The position numbers and the translations under genes were made by a program. DNA of 63,147 nucleotides, counting the filler, from Octopus bimaculoides (taxonomy: Eukaryota), in NCBI RefSeq assembly GCF_001194135.2. It is 6 parts of 6 records of this genome, joined end to end, with 100 filler letters (N's around TTAATTAATTAA, not from the genome) between each part and the next. Parts side by side here need not be neighbours in the genome. Positions count along the whole stretch, not along the records: positions 48,423 to 58,612 come from NC_068983.1; positions 58,713 to 60,822 come from NC_068987.1; positions 60,923 to 63,147 come from NW_026336228.1; 3 more parts are not named here. One strand, written 5' to 3'. This document shows positions 51,553 to 63,147 of the stretch, one piece after another. Positions within the stretch are counted from its first letter, which is position 1. Each line of letters opens with the position of its first letter. The notes under the pieces are model-generated. The model was not told the origin of the DNA, made no database searches, and worked only from the letters and a program-made list of their open reading frames with translations.

Positions 51553-53206
51553 NNNNNNNNNNNNNNNNNNNNNNNNNNNNNNNNNNNNNNNNNNNNNNNN
51601 NNNNNNNNNNNNNNNNNNNNNNNNNNNNGTGCGCGCGTGTGTGTGTGTTTGTATGTTTATGTGTGGATACATTTCTGTTCTTATGTTTGAACACACAACG
51701 ATACAATTGTACTTATATAACGGAGTATTTACGAATTAATTTCTCTATACATCTTTTCTGTTTTACTCAACAACAAACGGGCGTTTGTTCGTCTCTCGAG
51801 GTTCTGATTCGAATTAAAAAATAATTTACACCTACAGTCAAACATTTAGATATATATGTCGTGATCTAATTTTTATTGAAATTCCTTCACTTTCGAATTT
51901 TTTGATTATTTCAATTTCTCTTGAGTCTTCATATATTTTTATTACTTTGCCATATTTTATCTTTTATTTGAGTTTTAATAATAGCATTGTTTTCGTTGAT
52001 GGGAGCCTTGTAATGGTTCCGAATACAAATAACAATTTTCAGTTACAAATTACTAGTTCTATTATATATGTCAGTGTTTGACTGAAATTTACGGCTTATG
52101 TAAAGTGATGCTTCTTCGGAGCGTCATAACTGGGTTACAGAATCAGAGTTTTTAAATAATATTTATGGCAATCGTAGTTCTTGAATGATATTTATTTCCA
52201 GTTTAAAGTTACTAGTTACGGTGTTCGGCTGAAATTAACGGCTTATGTGAAACAAGATGGTTTCTTTGGTGCATCATAACTGGGTTACAGAATCGTAGCT
52301 TTTAAATAATATTTATAGAACTTGCAGTCGTTCAATGTATTAGGAGTATCGATGTTAGTGCTATAGTGCTGTTTATTTGAGAATCTGAGATTCGATAGTG
52401 GCAAAAGTACAACGTGGTTGACGAGAGAATTCTACAGGTTTACACTATTACAAAGAAGGGATTTTGTGTAGTGTTATAGTTGTTGCTGTTCAGCAACATA
52501 TAACCAATCGACTTTATATCCATGACCATCCCATCTATTTTCAGACAGTGCATCGATGAGCACATCCAGTGTTTTATTCCACCTTCATGAAGTAGAGCAT
52601 GCCCTTTGAATGAGGTTTCGCTGCTATTTTTGTAGGATCTATTTTACAGAAAAGCTTAGGAAAAAAATAAGATACAAATAAGCTTTTGCGGAAATGGTGT
52701 GCAACTAGTTATTCAGAGGTAGAAGTAGTAGGAAAGATGCATAAGACATAGATTATTCACTGTAATTGCAACATGAGCATCGATATTTAGTCTTCAGATT
52801 TATACGACAGATACAATGTGATCTTGTAGTAAACATTCTTTTGTGAAGGATACAATAAAACTGCAACCACTTCTGCTAGAATATATTAAAATCTAGTGGC
52901 AAACCTGCATCATCAGGTGTCTAACTTAACTTGATAGCTGATTCGCTGATATTTGTATCACGGAGCCTGAAACGATTGAGTGATTGATAAAATCAAGGTT
53001 TTAGAATCAAGAGAAGAGAGATGCGTCGAAAGTCAACAGAGTATATAATTAATTGAACAATTTGAAAGCAGAGTTAATAGAACACACATATGTATGTATG
53101 TATAAAAAGTGACAGAAACCGTGAGGGAGGAAAAGAAAGATGAGTGAATGCGTGTATATGTATACATATATACATATGTATGTACTACATATGTATATAT
53201 GAATCT

Positions 53207-53273
<67 letters not shown>

Positions 53274-55172
53274 GATGTATGCATACGTATACAAAATGGG
53301 TTTGGAAACTGACAGAATGATTATAGTATTGAAGTGACTATTCCTTTACTTCCGGTTAGAAATGACGCTAAAAAGATTTTATGTCGATGAATTGTTTGCC
53401 TTTGAGGTTCAAGAGGGAGAAAGAGNNNNNNNNNNNNNNNNNNNNNNNNNNNNNNNNNNNNNNNNNNNNNNNNNNNNNNNNNNNNNNNNNNNNNNNNNNN
53501 NNNNNNNNNNNNNNNNNNNNNNNNNNNNNNNNNNNNNNNNNNNNNNNNNNNNNNNNNNNNNNNNNNNNNNNNNNNNNNNNNNNNNNNNNNNNNNNNNNNN
53601 NNNNNNNNNNNNNNNNNNNNNNNNNNNNNNNNNNNNNNNNNNNNNNNNNNNNNNNNNNNNNNNNNNNNNNNNNNNNNNNNNNNNNNNNNNNNNNNNNNNN
53701 NNNNNNNNNNNNNNNNNNNNNNNNNNNNNNNNNNNNNNNNNNNNNNNNNNNNNNNNNNNNNNNNNNNNNNNNNNNNNNNNNNNNNNNNNNNNNNNNNNNN
53801 NNNNNNNNNNNNNNNNNNNNNNNNNNNNNNNNNNNNNNNNNNNNNNNNNNNNNNNNNNNNNNNNNNNNNNNNNNNNNNNNNNNNNNNNNNNNNNNNNNNN
53901 NNNNNNNNNNNNNNNNNNNNNNNNNNNNNNNNNNNNNNNNNNNNNNNNNNNNNNNNNNNNNNNNNNNNNNNNNNNNNNNNNNNNNNNNNNNNNNNNNNNN
54001 NNNNNNNNNNNNNNNNNNNNNNNNNNNNNNNNNNNNNNNATATATATGCTAACGTACATAGATACTCATACATTCATACCAACAAAAACGCGTATATATT
54101 CGCATCTATATATGTGTGTGAGTGTGTGTGTGTATGCTTGCGTGCAAGTATGTATGTATGTATGTATGTGGAAGTGAGTATATTTGTGTATCTGCCGGCC
54201 TGTGTGTGTGCCTGTTTCTGTATACGTTTGTCTTTTAAAAGTTTATAAGTTTTTAGTAATCCACTTACCCTAGTTCTGAGTTTACTTACTTTTAAACACA
54301 TCCAGTTATATATCCCCTACGCATTCACTGCTTATATTCTGTGAATCTACTGCGCTAACTCCCCCTTTTCTTTTAAGCACCAGAAATATCGGAATTGTAT
54401 CCATAAAAATTGTATCCTGCTTTTTAATCTCCGAATGCTAAAACAGAAAATTATTATAAACGCATTCTACAATTCTTATCGTCAGTCAGACTAAAGTGAT
54501 TTCCTTATTCCATTGTTTGCTCTATATGGTAGAGGTATCTACAGATTTCATTTATGTATCTGTGTTCTATTCGATGCCACACTGATTTTCTTCTACAACC
54601 ATGAAAGATTGACGAAATGAGATTGAATAATATTCATGCCTTTCTCAAGAACTTGTGCTTTGCTTCTCCTTTTGCTTAGTTTCCATGAGCACCAACGAGT
54701 AAAGTGAAATGTTGGTAGCGTTCTATAAGTTACGATATGGACAGAAATTCTTTAAAAATTCTTGAATATTTACCTAAGCAATCGACGGATTTGTCTACGT
54801 AGTCAATTTATCTCTTTGAAATACCAGCTAATTTTCTCTCATATCATACCTTGTCTTTTAAAACCTAAAAACAGTGGATAATGTAAATTTAGACTCCCTA
54901 GGGCTTAATGAGGGCAACGGCTTGTTTGTTTAGCTCCCAAATCACTCCTCTCACATCAAGATGTATATAAGAACTAAACGACAGCAACCTTAGAAGCTGA
55001 TAGAAAAATCCATTAATTTAACGAGTCACTCTAGAGTGTAGACATTAGACAAAGTAGACTCTAGCATAGTATTTCGAAAAGACAAGGTATATGGTTTTAG
55101 GTATTCTACCTTTCCTGACAATTTACTGGCCTCCTAGTGTTATGGATACAGACACATGCAAGTGCAAAAATA

Positions 55173-55221
<49 letters not shown>

Positions 55222-55525
55222 ACTATAGTAAGACATATTCGCATTAGTATATGTGCGTATGCATATGCAATTGCATATTTCAGTGGGATTCTTAGTTTCA
55301 AATATTTCACTCCTTAATTCTTTACATATAAAATTATCTGCCTAATAATTTTAAGAAAAATAGCAGATTTGTGAACTTAACGCCATTCGTCAACTCCAGT
55401 TTACAACGTATTTTTTTCTTTTATTAATTGCATGTCTTCCAAACGATAGCAGTGGCATTTTTTATCTTCATCTTCCCGTTCCTCTTTCACAACTTTATCG
55501 CTTATTTCTCTCCCTCACTCCCTCA

Positions 55526-55568
<43 letters not shown>

Positions 55569-55578
55569 NNNNNNNNNN

Positions 55579-55624
<46 letters not shown>

Positions 55625-55906
55625 TTTTGCACACGCACACACATACACACACATGCACACAACGTTCTATCATTCTTATTGTCTTTCTTTCCTTTTCGCT
55701 TCTCCTCCCATTTATTCTTAATTCTTTTCCTCTGCTAATCTTTCCAACTTTCAAACTGTTCATTTAATTTTCTTTCGTCCCTTAAATTCCCTTTCACTCT
55801 CTAAATTTACATTTCTGTGCCCCCTCAATTATCAATCTTCTTCTGTTTTATCCCTATTTCTGTCTCCCATTCATGCTCCCTTCTTTCCTCTCTTTCACTC
55901 TCCCCC

Positions 55907-55937
<31 letters not shown>

Positions 55938-56389
55938 GCCCTGTTTCTCTCTCACCCTCTGTTCTTCTTTCTCTCTTTCCTTCCCTCTCTTATCTCACCT
56001 TTCTGTTCTCTTGATCAATCACTCACACTCCCTCTCACGATTTCTCTCCTCTTTCTCTTTCCCTCTATCACATTTCAATTTAAATTCTTACACCATACTA
56101 TAATTCACAACTAATAAAACGTATTATTCAAATACAACATTACTTCCCCCACTCCAACCACGCTTCCTTAAAATACAAATAAATTATCTCACAATGATTA
56201 GTTACTAACACCAAAAAATAAAACCATTATCCTCATCAGTATTTTAATCAAAAGCAACATCCCCTGCAACAAACCAAAGTCGAAACCTTCACAGTATCAC
56301 TCAACCTTCTACAAACTGCATTCGCCTTTTCCCCAATTCACATTTTAGGTAAGTGTATGTTTGAAAAATAAACCAGGGGCCTGTCACTG

Positions 56390-56760
56390 ATTAAACGTCT
56401 TTGATTGTAGCTCTGCTTACTTAGAGCTGATTTGGAACTGAAGAAGAACAACACTTAGCATGTGCTTATGTTTCACCTATTAACAAGGACGCACCAAATG
56501 CAAATACCACACACATAGGTATTGTGCCAATATGCTACCCATAGCTTGTCTATTCATGTTTATGGATGACTTGAAGAGGTATACTTAAAATGCTTACAAA
56601 ATCAATAAAAGACCTGATGTTTATGACGTTTTCAGCTGACATCGGAAAAGGAGTGTTCGTATTTGATTGCTGAACATTGAAAATGAGTTTCCTAAATGCA
56701 GAACCTGTGCACGTGCAGTTTTCTGTTTTCTGTTTCAAACCAAATATCATTACCTAGGCA
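56390..56760 (+). mobile_element. Decayed R4/Dong-like reverse-transcriptase fragment
   Basis: FMDDLKRY at 56559-56582, VFS.DIG-like segment near 56630 and YLG at 56752, with many stops. Confidence 0.6.
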
Positions 56761-57218
56761 ACGATGAAAATGCATCATACGAAGATTTTTATGAACAAAT
56801 TTAGTGACCCGAAAATTTTACACGTGACTTAGGAAAATATGATAATAACATATACATGTCCATAGATATATGTATATTTGGAGATACATATGTATGAATG
56901 CTTCGAGGTCTGATGTGTCTATACACATTGATGTGTTCTGCTGGCATGGTACTTACAGCTAGCTAAGAGCGTTGTCTTCGTTTATTTACCGTCTTGTTCT
57001 TTATTCTTTCAATTCATATTCATTCACTTCATATATATGTGTATGTATGTTTCTGGAAGTATGCATAGACGGAGATATGTAGATATGTAGATTTATATTT
57101 ATATGTATATATGTATATAAGTATAAGTATAATAGGTAATATAATATATATGCATATATTTATTCTATTAATATATTTAAACATGTATAGCTAGCTAGCT
57201 AGCTAGCTAGATAGATAA

Positions 57219-57255
<37 letters not shown>

Positions 57256-58229
57256 TAGATAGATATATAGATAGATAGATAGATAGATATACAACTAATT
57301 TTATAAATATACAATCCCATATCATTTTATGCAAATATATATCTATACACATATAAAATGCTAAAATCATATAGTGCTTAGAAATTCGAACATCAAAATA
57401 AAACGTGGATTCGGCTGTAATTTTCAGCGGGTGGTACGTGATGTACTTTCATGACTGGACGTCTAATACACTTTAAAATAATCAGAGAATATTAAATTCT
57501 ATAGTAGTAAAACTGATTATTATTTTCTTACATTACGTTTTCTTACTCTTTTTTTTTTGTTTTTTGTTTTTCTCTCAGAAATTTATAACAATAATGCAGA
57601 CATAGACGTCACCATAGACTATAACGTTAATGACACATAGAATAATGGCAATAAGTAATGTTTTAACTACTTATAATATCATAAAACTGGTTAATGGAAA
57701 CTCTAATATACGTTTAAGAGCATAAATCAAAGTACATTTTTATATAGAAAGCGGCTGTCTTTTAAAATTCTTGATGACTCTGAAATATTCTTCTTCTTTT
57801 AATTTTATGTCTATGTTATATCTTTTTTCTCTTTTCGTGTATAGTATTACGGTTTATTAACTTTCGATATATTAATCTCCGTGTCACATTTTACTCCCAT
57901 CGTAACTGAAGAGAATAGCAGTACTTCACTAGCATCCATCCTACAAACAGTAATTATCCTTTAGTGAACCACTTTATGCGTGTGTGTGTGTGTGTATGTG
58001 TGTGTGTGTGTGTGTGTTCGCGTGCGTGCTTGCATGCGTGAGTGCGTGCGTGAGTGGGACTGAGTAATTTCAGGCTTTTGAAAAGTGCGGAACCACCTCT
58101 TAGTTACTATTGTCTTTAGGTCTACTCTGACCCTGAGTGTTAGCCCCTATCAAGGACCCAGCTATGTGTTAACTAATCTTTGGCTGTTATCAGGGCTCTC
58201 AGTAAAACCAGCGGTTGTTAGGGACCACA

Positions 58230-58560
58230 GCCTGTTGTACAGGATCCTTCCAGAATAACATTGTGAAGGGGTATTTGTATTGGACAAGCATTTATCACAA
58301 TAATCCAATGACGCCCAGATGTCTTTATGGTGACCTCATTTGACATTCCATGTACTGAATGTCCTATGGTGATACAAGAATGGTGACATGTGCAGACTAA
58401 ACCAATTAGTTGGAAGTGCACAGCAAGTTATAACATTTTTCTATCACCTATGCTTCAGACCAGTCAGATCTGCAACATTATCAGACAGGTCACGGATGGA
58501 ATGTCAGAAATGCCATTGACAACGAGGATGCACAAGGAGATGACAATCATCAGTGAAGAT
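58230..58560 (+). mobile_element. Decayed RTE-like 3' ORF relic
   Basis: PRCLYGDL and a frameshifted DRSRW resemble the RTE motifs PK..LYGEL and DR..W. Confidence 0.35.
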
Positions 58561-58568
58561 TGAGCAGA

Positions 58569-58612
<44 letters not shown>

Positions 58613-58712
58613 NNNNNNNNNNNNNNNNNNNNNNNNNNNNNNNNNNNNNNNNNNNNTTAATTAATTAANNNNNNNNNNNNNNNNNNNNNNNNNNNNNNNN
58701 NNNNNNNNNNNN
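58613..58712. other. Assembly linker gap
   Basis: Same N44/12-mer/N44 pattern. Confidence 0.97.
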
Positions 58713-58850
58713 ACACATTTGCATTGTTTTTCGAAACGTATGTATGCATTGAATCCAGTTTTGTAATAAATCTATTTCTGATTCAACATTTTTTCTCCAT
58801 TTTCTTAATACTTGTTTATGGTATATTTTTATACCTATAACGAAACTCCT

Positions 58851-58905
<55 letters not shown>

Positions 58906-58925
58906 TTATATATATATATATATAT

Positions 58926-59240
58926 CCTATTATAAATTTGAGTGATGTTTCTCTGTCCGTTACGCTTTTATGTTCGTTAACTCCTCCTAGACCGTTGGTG
59001 CAAGGACAACGAAACTGAAATCAGCAACTACCCTAATCCCAGGGAATGACCTATGGGGGTCTATTTTTTTAAGGGCCTCCTAATTGGGGCTCCACAAGTC
59101 ACTCCCTATTTTTTCTGCATTTTAAACTAAATACATGGTATTGGCGACCAAATCGGAGCAATGACAATGAATTTCATACCATGAATTCCCAGGGAGTACG
59201 TAAGGAGGTTCAATTTCTGAAGGGCCTCGAGTTATAACAG
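58926..59240 (+). mobile_element. Helitron/Helentron-type non-autonomous element relic
   Basis: tcctattataaatttgagtgatgtttctctgtccgttacgc...aacgaaactgaaatcag 5' segment, followed by short internal repeats (aagggcctc). Confidence 0.4.
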
Positions 59241-59540
59241 GTACGTTTCAAGTGTGCTAGTGTGGATAATCATATTCTGTAGCTTATGAAACTTATGTCT
59301 GGGATATATAAAACACACGCACATAGAGAAACACTATATCACACAATATATGAGCTTAAGTTTGAGGACGAACATGAAAAAAAAAAGCAAAAAGAAAAAA
59401 AAACCCTAAAATACCCCCACCCCACCAAATATGCTCGTGGAATATCAAAAATATTAACAAAGGTTTCAAAATTTCGAATACTGAAGGAAACTGATGTCTC
59501 AGGAAAAAACAAAGATAGCTACAACGGATTGAAAAATATA

Positions 59541-59736
59541 TATTCTTTCATTTGTTTCAGTCATTTGACTGCGGCCATACTGGAGCACCGCCTTTTAGTC
59601 GAGCAAATTGACTCCAGGTCTTATACTTTGTCAGCTTAGTATTTATTCTATCGGTGTCTTTTGCTGAACCGCTAAGTTACGGGTACGTAAACACACCACC
59701 GTCGGTTGTCACGTGATGGTGGTGAGACAAACACAG

Positions 59737-59778
<42 letters not shown>

Positions 59779-59950
59779 ACACACATATATACGACGGGCG
59801 TCTTTCAGTTTCCGTCTACCAAATTCACTCACAAGGCTTTGGTCGGCCCGAGCCTATAGTAGAAGACACTTGCCCAAGGTGCCATGCAGTGGGACTGAAC
59901 CCGGAACCATGTGGTTGGTAAGCAAGTTACTTACCACACAGCCACTCCTA
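59541..59950 (-). mobile_element. SINE family 1, near full length
   Basis: Reverse complement of 20811-21193 with CpGs largely intact. Confidence 0.88.
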
Positions 59951-59982
59951 TACTATTTATGTATATTTATACTATTAGCAAA

Positions 59983-60302
59983 GGCGCGTGGCTTATTGGT
60001 TAAGTGTGTTCCCTTCACGATCGTATGGTCGTGAGTTCAATTCCCGGCGACGCGTTGTGTCCTTGAGCAAGACACTTTATTTCACGTTGCTGCGCTCCAC
60101 TCAACTGGCAAAAATGAGAAGTACCTGTATTTCAAAGGGGCCAGCATTGTCACACTCTGTGTCACGCTGAATCTCCCCGAGAACTACGTTAAGAGTACAC
60201 GTGTCTGTGGAGTGCTCAGCCACTTGCACGTTAATTTCACGAGCAAGCTGTTCCGTTGATCGGATCAACTAGAACCTTCATCGTCGTAACCGACGGAGTG
60301 CT
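59983..60302 (+). mobile_element. SINE with a different tRNA head but the family-3 3' body
   Basis: Head ggcgcgtggcttattggttaag...gagttcaattcccgg...gtgtccttgagcaagacac joined to cctgtatttcaaagg...gacggagtgc. Confidence 0.8.
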
Positions 60303-60404
60303 CCTTTTTAAAATTTATAGTTAAATATACTACGGTTAAAATAGTTTCTTTACGTTTTTATACAGTCATTAGGACAATTATCATTTCTATATATATATAT
60401 ACTT

Positions 60405-60822
60405 TTCTACTCTAAGCACAAGACCCGAAATTTTTGGAGAGGGGGCCGGTCGATTAAATCGACCCCAGGTACTTAATTTATCGACCCCGAAACGATGAAA
60501 TGCAAAGTCAACCTCGGCGGAATTTGAACTCAGAACATAAAGGCAGATGAAATAAGCATTTCGCCCGGCGCTCTAACGACTCTGCCAGTTTGCATAAGCT
60601 GTAAATATTATCTTCCACTCTAGGCACAGGGCCCGAAATATTGGTGGGAGGGGGCCAGTCGATTAGATCAACCCTAGTACGCAACTGGTACTTAATTTAT
60701 CGACCCCGAAAGGATAAAAGGTAAAGTCGACCTCGGCGGAATTTGAACTCAGAACATAAAGACAGACGAAATACCGCTAAGCATTTCGCCCGGTGTGCTA
60801 ACGCTTCTGCCAGCTCACCGAC
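60405..60822 (-). mobile_element. Tandem pair of SINE family 2 copies
   Basis: Two consecutive ctaagcacaagacccgaaa / ctaggcacagggcccgaaa...acctcggcggaatttgaactcagaac...tctgccag units. Confidence 0.85.
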
Positions 60823-60922
60823 NNNNNNNNNNNNNNNNNNNNNNNNNNNNNNNNNNNNNNNNNNNNTTAATTAATTAANNNNNNNNNNNNNNNNNNNNNN
60901 NNNNNNNNNNNNNNNNNNNNNN
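60823..60922. other. Assembly linker gap
   Basis: Same N44/12-mer/N44 pattern. Confidence 0.97.
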
Positions 60923-61607
60923 ATATACATACATACACACACGTACACATATGTGTGTGTGTGTACGTGCATCTATGTGTTACCTCCTTCTCTACTTTCA
61001 ACACGATTTGCTTTTATTGTTTTGTTCTTTTTTTGTTTTTTTTTTACTCTTTGTTTTATTCAGCTGTCTGTCCACTTTTTAGTCCTTTAGGACATTTTCC
61101 ACCATTGCGTTGCCATACAAATACTTAGTCTCAAACTGCCCGGCCTTTATTTTGTCCGTATATTGTTCATTTTGTTTGTATATTCTCATTTATTTGTCGC
61201 GTTTCTTTTTCTCACTGTCCTCAACATTTGCTCGCTTTAACCCAACATCTTTTCCCTGTTGTCGCCACCAAAAATAATCAATATTATCGTTAAAGGCGTG
61301 AAATTATAATGATTTTTCGGACGATATATCTAACGAAGAAGGAGGATGTTCATGTCAAGTCTGAATTTTCCGTTCGTTCCTCTGTCGAGTGGCTGTGTAA
61401 TCTTTGAAACTTATATATGATGGGCTCCCCAGTCCATTTCAACATATGACATCTAGCAACCAATTCAGTTTATTCAATTTATTCAGTCGGGTATGACGTT
61501 TTAATCCCACCAGAGATAATCAAATGAGGCCACAGATCGTGTGAAGCTGTGGATTACGAGACAATGCTGCTACTATGATTGATAGATTTAATACTAGTCT
61601 TTATACG

Positions 61608-61960
61608 GAGGCGCAATGGCCCAGTGGTTAGGGTAGCGGACTAGCGGTCATAGGATCGTGGTTTCGATTCCCAGACCGGGCGTTGTGGGTGTTTATTGAG
61701 CGAAAACACCTAAAGCTCCACGAGGCTCCGGCAGGGGATGGTAGCGAACCCTGCTGTACTTTTTCACCACAACCTTCCTTTTTCACTCTTACTTTCTGTT
61801 TCTGTTGTGCCTGTAATTCAAAGGGTCAGCCTTGTCACACTGTGTCACGCTGAATATCCTCGAGAACTACGTTAAGGGTACACGTGTCTGTGGAGTGCTC
61901 AGCTACTTGCACGTTAATTTCACGAGCAGGCTGTTCCGTTGATCGGATCAACTGGAACCC
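61608..61960 (+). mobile_element. SINE family 3, cut by a gap
   Basis: Close match to 44157-44535 with CpGs intact. Confidence 0.9.
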
Positions 61961-62673
61961 NNNNNNNNNNNNNNNNNNNNNNNNNNNNNNNNNNNNNNNN
62001 NNNNNNNNNNNNNNNNNNNNNNNNNNNNNNNNNNNNNNNNNNNNNNNNNNNNNNNNNNNNNNNNNNNNNNNNNNNNNNNNNNNNNNNNNNNNNNNNNNNN
62101 NNNNNNNNNNNNNNNNNNNNNNNNNNNNNNNNNNNNNNNNNNNNNNNNNNNNNNNNNNNNNNNNNNNNNNNNNNNNNNNNNNNNNNNNNNNNNNNNNNNN
62201 NNNNNNNNNNNNNNNNNNNNNNNNNNNNNNNNNNNNNNNNNNNNNNNNNNNNNNNNNNNNNNNNNNNNNNNNNNNNNNNNNNNNNNNNNNNNNNNNNNNN
62301 NNNNNNNNNNNNNNNNNNNNNNNNNNNNNNNNNNNNNNNNNNNNNNNNNNNNNNNNNNNNNNNNNNNNNNNNNNNNNNNNNNNNNNNNNNNNNNNNNNNN
62401 NNNNNATATATATATATATATATATATAGCAAATAAGTAACAAGGATGTCAAGTTATTAGTGCATTACTGCCGTTTCAGGAGGCTCTATTTAATCGAACA
62501 ATACAACCATTACATCAATTTGAAATACACCGCCTTCTTCGGATGCATAAGACCATATAATACTGGACTGACTTGGTGCCTCAACTTAAGTACCTAATTC
62601 AACTGAATATAGATAGATAGATACATACATACATACATACATACATACATACATACATGCATACATGCATATG

Positions 62674-62994
62674 TATAAAGAAAATGGAGAGTGTGAACAC
62701 AGAAAAATCAATTTATTTATATAACAGTCAATTTCATGTCGCCTACGCACGTTTCAATTCCCACCTTCATTCACGTTTTACAATTAAAAGTACATTATGA
62801 ATTTAATTTAAAAGGTAAAAATATCTTCAGGGCATAATTGACGTATATTCATATATATTCCTTTACATCCTAAAGGATGGAGAGTTTCTTACATACAGAA
62901 TAGCTGCATGTGTACATAAGTGTGGGTGACATGAAATTAACTATTACATAAATAAATTGATTTTTCTGTACTCACACTCACCATTTTCTTTATA
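62674..62994. repeat. Diverged inverted repeat (arms about 62674-62750 and 62920-62994)
   Basis: tataaagaaaatggagagtgtgaacacagaaaaatcaatttatttatataacagtcaatttcatgtcgcc is the reverse complement, with scattered mismatches, of ggtgacatgaaattaactattacataaataaattgatttttctgtactcacactcaccattttctttata. Confidence 0.9.
62741..62834 (-). ncRNA. Type I hammerhead ribozyme-like motif (PLE terminal-repeat type)
   Basis: Minus strand reads UGCC-CUGAAGA-u-AUUUUUACCUUU...GAAGGUGGGAAU-u-GAA-AC-GUGC-GU-A-GGCG. Core is intact, stem I is UGCC/GGCG, stem II has about 12 bp including GU pairs, and the triplet is GUA. Confidence 0.6.
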
Positions 62995-63147
62995 TCATAT
63001 TATTAAAATTCTGTTCTCCTATATCAGATAGATGAAAACATCTATAACGACTACTGGAACGTTACAAGTCTCAAGCACTGATGTCGAAGAAAAATCACCA
63101 ATAAACACCAACACTAACACAAATTATTAAATTCCAGGAAAATTAAT

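Noticed and set aside
1-63147. Long ORFs in the supplied track (poly-V/T/H/L/IY/CV and X-filled)
   Set aside because: They are translations of microsatellites or N gaps, with no protein-like complexity.

Overview
Eukaryotic, AT-rich, gappy draft-assembly sequence. The SINE families and microsatellite load look like an octopod cephalopod genome (inference). Only one host gene is supported: the last two coding exons of a secernin-family gene (peptidase C69-like) on the minus strand, at 40761-40991 and 32744-33261. They splice in frame; the N-terminal exons are not visible. The rest is microsatellite, N gaps and transposon relics: four tRNA/RTE-type SINE families, RTE, R4/Dong-like, CR1-like and Penelope-like (PLE) retroelement fragments, a Helitron helicase fragment, a Helentron-type non-autonomous element, and mariner and hAT MITEs. 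Five 100-bp gaps carry an artificial TTAATTAATTAA linker. The most interesting signal is two unrelated-flank loci (about 2.87-3.29 kb and 62.67-62.99 kb) with the same architecture. Each is a diverged inverted repeat whose left arm carries a complete type I hammerhead-ribozyme core on the minus strand (CUGAAGA...GAAAC-NNNN-GUA), with covarying stem I and an unusually long stem II insert; the right arm is a decayed inverted copy. Almost all ORFs in the supplied track are microsatellite or gap artefacts.
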